This document shows positions 56,569 to 64,000 of a stretch of 64,000 nt of DNA, piece after piece. Every line of letters begins with the position of its first letter. Position 1 is the stretch's first letter. The translations under genes were made by a program, and so were the position numbers. Origin of the DNA: Verrucomicrobiota bacterium (GTDB taxonomy: Bacteria > Verrucomicrobiota > Verrucomicrobiia > Limisphaerales > CANJSG01); assembly GCA_038209745.1 (NCBI GenBank), contig JBBQXJ010000014.1, positions 1 through 64,000 of the forward strand, in the 5' to 3' direction. The notes beneath the pieces were generated by a model. The model made no database searches. It saw only the letters and a program-made list of their open reading frames with translations, and was not told the origin of the DNA.

Positions 56569-57342
56569 TCATTCCTCCGACTTTCCGAGATACGCCGCGA
56601 TGACCTTCGGATTCGCCCGCACTTCCCCGGGGGTTCCTTCGGCAATCTTGCGGCCGTATTCGAGGACGTGGATGCGTTCGCAGATGCCCATGACGACTTT
56701 CATGTCGTGTTCGACGAGGAGGATGGCGAGTTGGAACTTTTCCTGGATGAAGCGGATGAGCTTCATCAGCTCGGTCTTCTCGGCGGGGTTCATGCCGGCG
56801 GCGGGTTCGTCGAGGAGCAGCAGCTTGGGTTGGGTGGCGAGGGCGCGGACGATTTCCAAACGGCGCTGGTCGCCATACGGGAGGCTCTTGGCGGCCTCGT
56901 CGCGCAGACGGTAGAGGTTGAAGATGTCGAGCAGTTCCTTGGTGCGTTCCTTCAGTTCGCGTTCTTCCGCGCGGAACTTCCGGCCCCGGGTCAGGGAATG
57001 GACCGAGTCGTGGTTGAGGTGGAGATGGAAGGCGACGCGGACGTTGTCGAAGACGGTGAGGCTGGGGAAGAGCCGGATGTTCTGGAAGGTCCGGGCGATG
57101 CCGCGCGCGGTGATCTCGAAGGGCTTTAGTCCGGCGGTCGGTTTTCCGTGGAAGGCGATGGTGCCTTCGGAGGGCTGATAGACGCCCGTGACCATGTTGA
57201 ACAGCGTGGTTTTGCCGGCGCCGTTCGGGCCGATCAAGCCGACCAGCTCGCCCTCGCCGACGGACACCGAAACCTCGGAAACGGCGGTAAGGCCGCCAAA
57301 GCGGATGGTGACGCGGTCGAGTTGGAGGAGAGGAGCGGACAT
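56569..57342 (-). CDS. livG: Branched-chain amino-acid ABC ATPase
   Basis: [37 protein letters not shown] and DEPAAG. Start MSAPLL at 57342. Confidence 0.95.
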   Translation of the reverse strand: MSAPLLQLDRVTIRFGGLTAVSEVSVSVGEGELVGLIGPNGAGKTTLFNMVTGVYQPSEGTIAFHGKPTAGLKPFEITARGIARTFQNIRLFPSLTVFDNVRVAFHLHLNHDSVHSLTRGRKFRAEERELKERTKELLDIFNLYRLRDEAAKSLPYGDQRRLEIVRALATQPKLLLLDEPAAGMNPAEKTELMKLIRFIQEKFQLAILLVEHDMKVVMGICERIHVLEYGRKIAEGTPGEVRANPKVIAAYLGKSEE

Positions 57343-57350
57343 GGATGAGC

Positions 57351-58292
57351 TCAGGCGGGCTCGACTTTTTTCCGGGTCTTCCAAGTGAAGAGCCCCTGCG
57401 GACGGGTGATCATCAGGATGATCAGGATCAGAGAATAGAGGATCATGCGGAAGTCGCCGAGTTGGCGCAGCGGTTCCTGAACAACTGTCAGAAGAACGGC
57501 CGCGACGATCACACCGACGTGTTTGCCCATGCCTCCTAGGATGACCATCACGACGATCTCGATGCTCTTGTTGAAGTCGAAGCCGCTGGGGTTGAGGTAG
57601 CCCTTCAGGTGGGCGTAGAGACCGCCGGCCACCCCGGCGAAGAACGAGCCGACCATGAAGGCGGTGATCTTGTAGCGGGTGGTGTTCAGGCCCATCGCTT
57701 CGGCGGCGATCTCGTCGTCCGCCACGGCGAGGAAGCCGCGGCCGTAGGTCGAGTTCACCAGGCCCCAGACCGCGTAGACCGTCACCGCCGCCGCGCCGAA
57801 GGTCCAAAAGAGGTTGGTGTAGCTCGGGACGCCGACCAGGCCGCGAGCCGCACCCACCGAGTCCATGTTCTGGAGAAGGACCTTGATGATCTCGCCGAAT
57901 CCGAGCGTGACGATGGCGAGGTAGTCGCCTTTCAACCGCAGCGACGGAGCGCCGATGGCGAAGCCCGCGATGGCCGCGAGCAGTCCCCCGGCGAGCAGCG
58001 AAGCCGGGAAAAGCAGCCATTGTTGCAGCGGAGCCGACCAGCCGAGCTTCGGCCCCAGAGCGGTGGTGATCATGGCCGAAGTGTAGGCGCCGATCGCCAT
58101 GAATCCGGCGTGGCCGAGGGAGAATTGGCCGGTGAATCCGTTGATCAGGTTCAGGCTCGAGGCCAGCACGATGGCGATGCCCGCGCCCATGGCGACATCG
58201 AGGAAGTAGGCGTCCATCCGGCCGGAGAATGCTGAGACCACCCAGGCGAGGGCGAGGGCGGCGAGGAGCCAGCGTTGGGAGAGGGGTGGCAT
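57351..58292 (-). CDS. livM: Branched-chain amino-acid ABC permease
   Basis: [44 protein letters not shown] and RPQGL. Confidence 0.94.
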   Translation of the reverse strand: MPPLSQRWLLAALALAWVVSAFSGRMDAYFLDVAMGAGIAIVLASSLNLINGFTGQFSLGHAGFMAIGAYTSAMITTALGPKLGWSAPLQQWLLFPASLLAGGLLAAIAGFAIGAPSLRLKGDYLAIVTLGFGEIIKVLLQNMDSVGAARGLVGVPSYTNLFWTFGAAAVTVYAVWGLVNSTYGRGFLAVADDEIAAEAMGLNTTRYKITAFMVGSFFAGVAGGLYAHLKGYLNPSGFDFNKSIEIVVMVILGGMGKHVGVIVAAVLLTVVQEPLRQLGDFRMILYSLILIILMITRPQGLFTWKTRKKVEPA

Positions 58293-58300
58293 TTTTCGAT

Positions 58301-59206
58301 CTAGACCTTTTCCGCCTTCAGTTTTCCCAGCAGTCCGGCCGGTCGGAACATGAGGATCAGGATGAGGATGGCGAAGGCGATGGCGTCGCGGTAGGTCGAG
58401 AAACGCGTGCCGGAGACGAAGGTCTCGATCAGGCCGATGAGGAGCCCGCCCAAGGCCGCGCCGGGCAGGTTGCCGATGCCTCCGAGGACGGCGGCGACGA
58501 ACGCCTTCAAGCCCGGGAGCGTGCCCATCAGCGGATCGATGCTCGGGTAGTTCATGGCGTAGAGGACGCCGCCCGCGCCGGCCAGGGCCGAGCCAAGCGC
58601 GAAGGTGAAGGAGATGACGGCATTGTTGTTGATGCCGACGAGGGACGCGGCGGTGGAATTGAACGACAGCGCCCGCATGGCGGTGCCGATACGGGTGCGG
58701 TGGACGATCCAATAGAGGGCGCCGAGCAGGATGGCGGCGACGGCGATGACGATGAGCTGGTTGCTGGAGAGCGTCAGCTCGCCCAGGTGGATCTGGCGGA
58801 CGGGGAACACCTCGGGAAAGGGTTTTGGATTGGGTCCGAATCCGATTCGCTGGTTCTGGGCCACGTTCTGGATCAGGAGCGAAACGCCGATGGCGGTAAT
58901 GAGAACGGTGAGGGTGGAGCGGCCACGGAGCGGCTTGTAGGCGAGCTTCTCGATGAGCATGCCGAGAGCGGCGCAGACGGCCATGGCGGTGACGAGCACC
59001 AGCAGCCCGCCTCCGATGGTTCCGGTGGGAATGTGCAGCTTCTCCACCGCCGCCCAGCCGACGAACGCGCCGACCATGAAGACATCGCTATGGGCGAAGT
59101 TGATGAACCGGAGGACGCCGTAGACCATGGTGTAGCCTAGGGCGATCAGCGCGTAGATCGCGCCGAGGGACAGGCCATTGATGATCTGCTGGAGGAATTC
59201 GGTCAT
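58301..59206 (-). CDS. livH: Branched-chain amino-acid ABC permease
   Basis: YALIALGYTMVYG, INFAH and KAFVAAVLGGIG. Confidence 0.95.
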   Translation of the reverse strand: MTEFLQQIINGLSLGAIYALIALGYTMVYGVLRFINFAHSDVFMVGAFVGWAAVEKLHIPTGTIGGGLLVLVTAMAVCAALGMLIEKLAYKPLRGRSTLTVLITAIGVSLLIQNVAQNQRIGFGPNPKPFPEVFPVRQIHLGELTLSSNQLIVIAVAAILLGALYWIVHRTRIGTAMRALSFNSTAASLVGINNNAVISFTFALGSALAGAGGVLYAMNYPSIDPLMGTLPGLKAFVAAVLGGIGNLPGAALGGLLIGLIETFVSGTRFSTYRDAIAFAILILILMFRPAGLLGKLKAEKV

Positions 59207-59221
59207 GGTCTTCGAATTCCG

Positions 59222-59620
59222 TTAATCTGGGAGAATCCCTTTTAGTTCCTGGATCAAGGCGGCGGTGGCGTGAAGCGTGGTGTCCGGCTTGATGCGATCA
59301 AACAAGAGGCGGGTGTCGCCGTCGTCGGAAATCATGGTGCCACCACCCAGGCGCTCCAGCCAAGAGAGGGCGGCGCTTTCGCCGTCATCCAGATTGAATC
59401 GCTCCAGTTCCAAGCGCAGCCGCGCGGACGGTGCCGGTGCCGTTTCCAAGATTACGGCATTGGTCAGATCGGCTGGTCTGAGCTTTGGGCGATGTCGGGA
59501 TGCTTCTGACCAAACTTCAGCGGGGCCAAGGATTTCGTCGGAGCAACGAAAGAAATCCAAGCGGCCCAACTCGTCGAGATGGATCAAGGGACCGGCATCG
59601 AGAAGGACCGCTTGGCTCAT
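59222..59620 (-). CDS. PIN-domain (VapC/DUF3368-like) toxin, apparently internally shortened
   Basis: VLLDAGPLIHLDEL, EVWSE, LDDGESAAL and SDD acidic PIN residues; ATGA overlap with the antitoxin. Confidence 0.75.
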   Translation of the reverse strand: MSQAVLLDAGPLIHLDELGRLDFFRCSDEILGPAEVWSEASRHRPKLRPADLTNAVILETAPAPSARLRLELERFNLDDGESAALSWLERLGGGTMISDDGDTRLLFDRIKPDTTLHATAALIQELKGILPD

Positions 59621-59817
59621 TTGCCCTCGTGTAGGGCCATTTGGACATCCTCCCGCAGATGCCTCTCGATGACCTCAGGTCGATGGGACCAGAGGTAGCG
59701 GCGGGTGGCTTCAATAATCACTTCATCGGGACTCGATGCCCAGCCGTCCGCCACGTAGGCGCGTGGCTTCAACAGCAGATCGCCGGGAAGCTCTACGGAA
59801 ATGGTTTCTTTCTTCAT
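59617..59817 (-). CDS. Ribbon-helix-helix (CopG-like) antitoxin
   Basis: ISVELP...YVADGWASSPDEVIIEATRRYL; directly upstream of the PIN gene. Confidence 0.75.
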   Translation of the reverse strand: MKKETISVELPGDLLLKPRAYVADGWASSPDEVIIEATRRYLWSHRPEVIERHLREDVQMALHEGK

Positions 59818-59824
59818 GGATGGA

Positions 59825-59854
59825 ATTATATCCGGGCGGGGAATTGGTTTTCAA
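59825..59854 (-). promoter_or_regulatory. Internal sigma-70 promoter for the TA module (probably leaderless)
   Basis: TTGAAA, 18 nt, TATAAT, then 7 nt to the antitoxin ATG. Confidence 0.7.
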
Positions 59855-59867
59855 CTGCGTTGCTGGC

Positions 59868-61031
59868 TCAGGGCTCGACCGTCTGGAGGAACTTAAACTT
59901 GTTGTCCTCAACGGTGATGATGACGGCGGGCTTGGTCGCGTCCCGATGGGCGTCGAGCTTGGTCCGGCCGGTCACGCCTTCGAAGTCGGTCGAGGTCAAG
60001 GCCTCCTTGATCTTCGCGGGTTCGGCGGAGCCGGCCTTCTTGATGGCGGCGACGAGGGCCATGGCGGAGTCGTAGCCGAGGGCTGCCATGGCGTCCGGGG
60101 TCTTGCCGTCGTATTTGGCCTTGTAGGCTTCGACGAACTTCTTGGCGGCGGGAGTTCCTTGGGTGGGGGAGAAATGGGTCGAATAGAACGTGTTCTTCAG
60201 CGCTTCGCCGCCGGCGATCTGGATCAGCTCGGGCGCTTCCCAACCGTCGCCGCCGAAGATCGGGACGGTGACGCCGAGTTCACGGGCCTGCTTCACGATC
60301 AAACCCGCCTCGGTGTAGTAGCCGGGCACGCAGATGGCATCGGGATTGACCGCTTTGAGGGCGGTGAGCTGGGCTTTGAAATCCTTGTCCTTGGCGCTGT
60401 ATTTCTGCTCGGACGCGATCTCGCCGCCGGCGGCGACGAACGATTCCTTGAAGAACTGGCCGAGGCCGACGCTGTAGGCCGAGGCGACGTCGGTCAGCAC
60501 GGAGACCTTCTTCGCCTTCAGGGTCTGATGGGCGAAATTAGCGAGGAGCTTGCCCTGGAACGGATCGATGAAGCAGACCCGGAAGATGTAGTCGCCGACC
60601 TTCGTCACATCGGGGTTGGTAGAGGACGGGGAGATCATCGGGATCCCGGCCGCTTGGCAGATCGGGGCACCTTCGAGGGACCGGCCCGAGGCCACTTCGC
60701 CTAGCACGGCGACGACTTTGTCGCGGCTGATGAACTTCTTGACGATCGTGGCCGATTCGCCGGCGGTGGATCGGTCGTCCTCCGTGATGAGGGCGATCTG
60801 CTTCCCGAGCACGCCGCCGCCGGCGTTGATCTCGTCGACGGCGAGTTTGGTGCCTTCGTGGGAAGAGACGCCGAAGGTGGCTTCGCTGCCGGTGAGCGAG
60901 GCGTATTCACCGACCTTGATGGTGGCGGCGGCTCCGGGGGTGGAACCTCCCTGATCGCCGCAACCATTGAGGAGGAGCGACACGGCGAGACCGCAAACTG
61001 CCGGCAGGAGAGTGGCGATGGAACGGTTCAT
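59868..61031 (-). CDS. livK: Branched-chain amino-acid ABC substrate-binding lipoprotein
   Basis: Lipobox LNGC, SLTGSEATFG, INAGGGVLGK, FRVCFIDPFQG, GGDGW and FEGVTG. Confidence 0.92.
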   Translation of the reverse strand: MNRSIATLLPAVCGLAVSLLLNGCGDQGGSTPGAAATIKVGEYASLTGSEATFGVSSHEGTKLAVDEINAGGGVLGKQIALITEDDRSTAGESATIVKKFISRDKVVAVLGEVASGRSLEGAPICQAAGIPMISPSSTNPDVTKVGDYIFRVCFIDPFQGKLLANFAHQTLKAKKVSVLTDVASAYSVGLGQFFKESFVAAGGEIASEQKYSAKDKDFKAQLTALKAVNPDAICVPGYYTEAGLIVKQARELGVTVPIFGGDGWEAPELIQIAGGEALKNTFYSTHFSPTQGTPAAKKFVEAYKAKYDGKTPDAMAALGYDSAMALVAAIKKAGSAEPAKIKEALTSTDFEGVTGRTKLDAHRDATKPAVIITVEDNKFKFLQTVEP

Positions 61032-61231
61032 TTGATTGGCTTTTGGGTTTCCGGGAGTGGAGGACCATCCGCTCCGGTGCACTGGGAAGGGAGGTTAGGC
61101 GGCGAGCCCCGAGGTTTTCAATCAGCAATGCCTTGGCTCCACGCGTCGAGACGTCCCTTTTGGGAGAGATCGTGGGAAAGGCGGACGGTGGCTTGCGTCG
61201 GGAGAAAGGCCTCCGTTACTCAAGGAAGGCG

Positions 61232-62499
61232 ACGAACCTTCTCTCCTTGATCGAGGCCAAGCGCGACGGCGCGGCTCTGCGTCCGGCGGAGATCCAGGGC
61301 CTCGTCCGTGAATTTACAGCGGGACGGCTGCCGGATTACCAGATGTCGGCGTTCTTGATGGCGGTTTTTTTCCGGGGGCTGGATCCGGAAGAGACCCGGG
61401 CTCTGACTTTGGCATGAGGGATTCGGGGCCGCCGCTGGCATTTCCGGAGGATCCACGACCGCTGGTGGACAAACATTCGACGGGCGGAGTAGGGGACAAG
61501 GTTTCGCTGCCGCTGGCGCCGTTGTTGGCGGAACTCGGCTTCCGGGTTCCGATGATTTCTGGCCGGGGCCTTGGGATCACGGGCGGGACCTTGGACAAAC
61601 TGGAGTCGATCCCTGGTTTTACGACAAAGCTTTCGCGCGACCGGATCAGCCGCCAGGTGCAGGAGATCGGCTGCGTGATCTGCGCACAGACCGAGGACAT
61701 GGCGCCGGCGGATCGGTTGATGTATGCGCTGCGTGAAGTGAGCGGCACCGTGCCGTCCATCCCGTTGATCACGGCATCGATTCTGTCGAAGAAGCTGTCG
61801 GAGTCGCTGGACGTGCTGTTGCTCGAGGTGAAATTCGCCTGGGTGGCGTTTATGCGCACCCGGGAAGAGGCTGCCGAACTTGCCGGGACGATGAGCCGGT
61901 TGGCCGAGGATTGTGGCGTGTCGACCCACGCCAGTCTGACCCCGATGGACGCGCCGTTGGGTCGCGGTGTGGGGAATTGGCTGGAGGTGCGCGAATCGGT
62001 CGAGTGTCTGGAGGGCAGGGGCCCGGAGGATCTCCGGCGACTGGTGCTGGAATGCGCCGGGCATCTTCTGCGGTTGACCGGTTGCACGTCTGATCTGGAA
62101 GCGGGCGTTGCTGTGGCGGACGAGTGTCTTGCGGGAGGCGGTCCCTTGCGGCGTTGGGAATCCATGTTGGCCGCGCAAGGGGCTTATCTGGAGACGTATC
62201 GGGCAAAGCTTCGCCGCGACGCAACGGCGTCGTTCGTTCGGGCGGTCGTTGCTCCCCAGACGGGACATGTTGCGGCTCTTGATGCCGGAGTTGTTGGCGA
62301 AGTGGTGCGGGATCTGGGGGGTGGGCGATTGGCCAAAGGAGACATTCTCGACCCCGAGGTGGGGATCGATCGGATGGCTTCGTTGCATGAAGCCGTCACA
62401 CAGGGGCGCTCCATTGCTCGGATCCATGCGGCCTCCGAAGCCGCCGCCGCGGACGCGGCAGAGCGGGTTGGATCGGCCTTCCAGTTCACGACCGGTTGA
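61232..62499 (+). pseudogene. pdp: Thymidine / pyrimidine-nucleoside phosphorylase, frameshifted
   Basis: The N-terminus LIEAKRDG...PDYQMSAFLMAVFFRG...ALTLA is in one frame. MRDSG...DKHSTGGVGDK...SGRGLGITGGTLDKLESIPG is in another, after ttggc/atg at 61409-61416. The expected start codon reads ACG. Confidence 0.8.
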
Positions 62500-62560
62500 T
62501 GGATCCGGGTCGCCGTGCCTGTGCGCGACGGCGCTTTGCAATCCGTTCTCGATATCCGGC

Positions 62561-62587
62561 TAAAGCTCCTGGTTCCACCGCCGATAC
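62561..62587 (+). promoter_or_regulatory. Sigma-28 (FliA)-type promoter
   Basis: TAAA-N15-GCCGATAC, versus consensus TAAA-N15-GCCGATAA. Confidence 0.7.
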
Positions 62588-62594
62588 AAAACCA

Positions 62595-63230
62595 GTGAGT
62601 ACTCCGCATCCATTGGTTGCCGGGCCCGTCGTCATGCTGGACGGCGAGACTCTTTTCGTGCCGAAAGAACTGGCCGTTTCGCTGGATCATCTTGTCGGTT
62701 TCCTCGAATCCACCGCGATGGATCGGGGCCGGATATTGGCCTCCGTGCTGGTCGATGGGCTGCCGTTGGAGGTGCTTCTCGCGAACAACGCCACGATGGG
62801 TTTCCAACGAGTGGCGGCCGCGACGATGAGCCCAGCGGATCTGGGCGCCCAGGTCGTGCTGAGCGCGCGGGATTCGGTGGAGCGCCTGGTCCGGGAAGTC
62901 GACGAAAGGATCGTGATGGTTCTCATCAACGACTGGCCGGTGGTGGGCCGACTTTGGCTCGACCTGACGCCGGGGTTGCGGACCCCGATGTTGGGACTTG
63001 GATTTTTGAAGGAACTGTGGGGTCTGTCCTTGGATGAACTAAGGGTGGGAGAGGCCACGTTCCTGGATCACTGGGAGAGGCTGCAAGGCATCATCGAAGA
63101 CGCCGAGCGCCTGCTCCGCGGCCGGGAGGACGTCATCGCGTTTTCCCAGCTGCTGGAACTACGACTAAAACCCTGGTTGGAACGGACGCTGACATTTCTG
63201 GACCGACTGGATGACGCGAAACTTTCTTAG
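62595..63230 (+). CDS. Hypothetical helical protein
   Basis: Start GTG 62595 or ATG 62634, downstream of the sigma-28 promoter; overlaps the next gene. Confidence 0.65.
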   Translation: MSTPHPLVAGPVVMLDGETLFVPKELAVSLDHLVGFLESTAMDRGRILASVLVDGLPLEVLLANNATMGFQRVAAATMSPADLGAQVVLSARDSVERLVREVDERIVMVLINDWPVVGRLWLDLTPGLRTPMLGLGFLKELWGLSLDELRVGEATFLDHWERLQGIIEDAERLLRGREDVIAFSQLLELRLKPWLERTLTFLDRLDDAKLS

Positions 63231-63876
63231 GGCTCTGACCGGCTGGGGAATGCTGGCTTTAGCGGGATGCGCCACGCTCCCGATGGGGGACACCGTGCGC
63301 GGGCCGGTCTACGTGCCGGCCAACGTCCACCGGAGTGTCGAAAACTTGCCGATAACCGTTCGCCGGGTCGCCCTTCTTCCGGCCACGGCCCGTATCGGCG
63401 AAGTCGAAGCCTCCGGGGCCGACGCCGTTTCCGGCATACTCCTGGCGGAACTCCAGCGCCAACACCGGCTCGAGGTCTTCCATGTGAACCGTGCGGATCT
63501 GGCCCGATGGTCGGGGCGGCGGGATTGGGCAATCTCGGACCAGCTTCCCTCCGACTTCCTGGATTCTGTCCGGAAACACACCGGGGCCGAAGCCGTTCTC
63601 TTCCCTGAAATCACCACCTATCGGGCCTATCCGCCCCTGGCGATCGGGCTGCGCATGTCGCTTGTCGAGGTCCAGTCCGGGCGGGTGCTCTGGGCGGTGG
63701 ACGACCTTCTCGACGCCGGCAATCCAAAGGTCTCGAACGGTGCGCGACAGTTCTATTTGGACGAGATGAAGGGGGGCAGCGAGACGCCGTTCGACTCGCA
63801 ATCGGTTCTGGATTCACCGCGGCGATTTTCCCGATACGTGATTGCCACATTGTTGGGCACCATGCCGGACAGGTGA
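63211..63876 (+). CDS. Lipoprotein (DUF799/CsgG-like pattern)
   Basis: Lipobox LAGC, VRRVALLP, GAEAVLFPEIT and LVEVQSGRVLWA. Confidence 0.72.
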   Translation: MTRNFLRALTGWGMLALAGCATLPMGDTVRGPVYVPANVHRSVENLPITVRRVALLPATARIGEVEASGADAVSGILLAELQRQHRLEVFHVNRADLARWSGRRDWAISDQLPSDFLDSVRKHTGAEAVLFPEITTYRAYPPLAIGLRMSLVEVQSGRVLWAVDDLLDAGNPKVSNGARQFYLDEMKGGSETPFDSQSVLDSPRRFSRYVIATLLGTMPDR

Positions 63877-63887
63877 CCAGATTTTGC

Positions 63888-63914
63888 TAAAGTTTTACGC
63901 CGGCGTGCCGAATA
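63888..63914 (+). promoter_or_regulatory. Sigma-28 (FliA)-type promoter
   Basis: TAAAGTTT-N11-GCCGAATA. A possible downstream ORF (ATG 63982, MEIKPN...) runs off the window. Confidence 0.72.
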
Positions 63915-64000
63915 GATTGGTGTGGATGAAATTGTTCATCCTAAAAACTAAAACCACGGCCTGCCAAAAAAATGAGAGTTTATGGAGATCAAACCTAACT

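Overview
GC-rich bacterial chromosome segment. Gene content suggests Verrucomicrobia, probably subdivision 3 (Pedosphaera/Limisphaera-like); this is inferred from the H-X9-DG prepilin, clustered sulfatases, short HemA and C-terminal 'W..LE.S..L..W...Y(R/Q)' tails. Housekeeping genes are cysS, uppS, purA and ccsA-hemA-hemC. Other loci: a galT / inositol-monophosphatase-like / arabinokinase-like sugar-phosphate operon; a BNR sialidase; three sulfatases divergent from a prepilin and a 1065-aa repeat/Ig surface protein; two S8 peptidases; a circularly permuted ATP-grasp / alpha-E / transglutaminase operon next to an S9 peptidase; a Fiu/Piu-type iron uptake operon with TonB-ExbBD; a TolC-MFP-MacB-type exporter; a livKHMGF operon carrying two foreign inserts; a frameshifted pyrimidine-nucleoside phosphorylase; and two sigma-28 promoters at the right edge. 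I saw no rRNA, tRNA, CRISPR array, integrase or intact transposase. The most promising undescribed items are: (i) a compact promoter-terminator leader before purA whose first five nucleotides are complementary to the terminator loop (candidate nucleotide-sensing attenuator); (ii) a four-helix-bundle insert whose inverted flanks would fold to bring the livG stop next to the livF start; (iii) the arabinokinase-like/GalT/IMPase operon; (iv) the sulfatase-pilin-repeat-protein locus with a shared C-terminal sorting-like domain; and (v) an attC-type cassette remnant within a stack of MITEs and palindromes. All family assignments come from motif recognition by eye; no searches were run.
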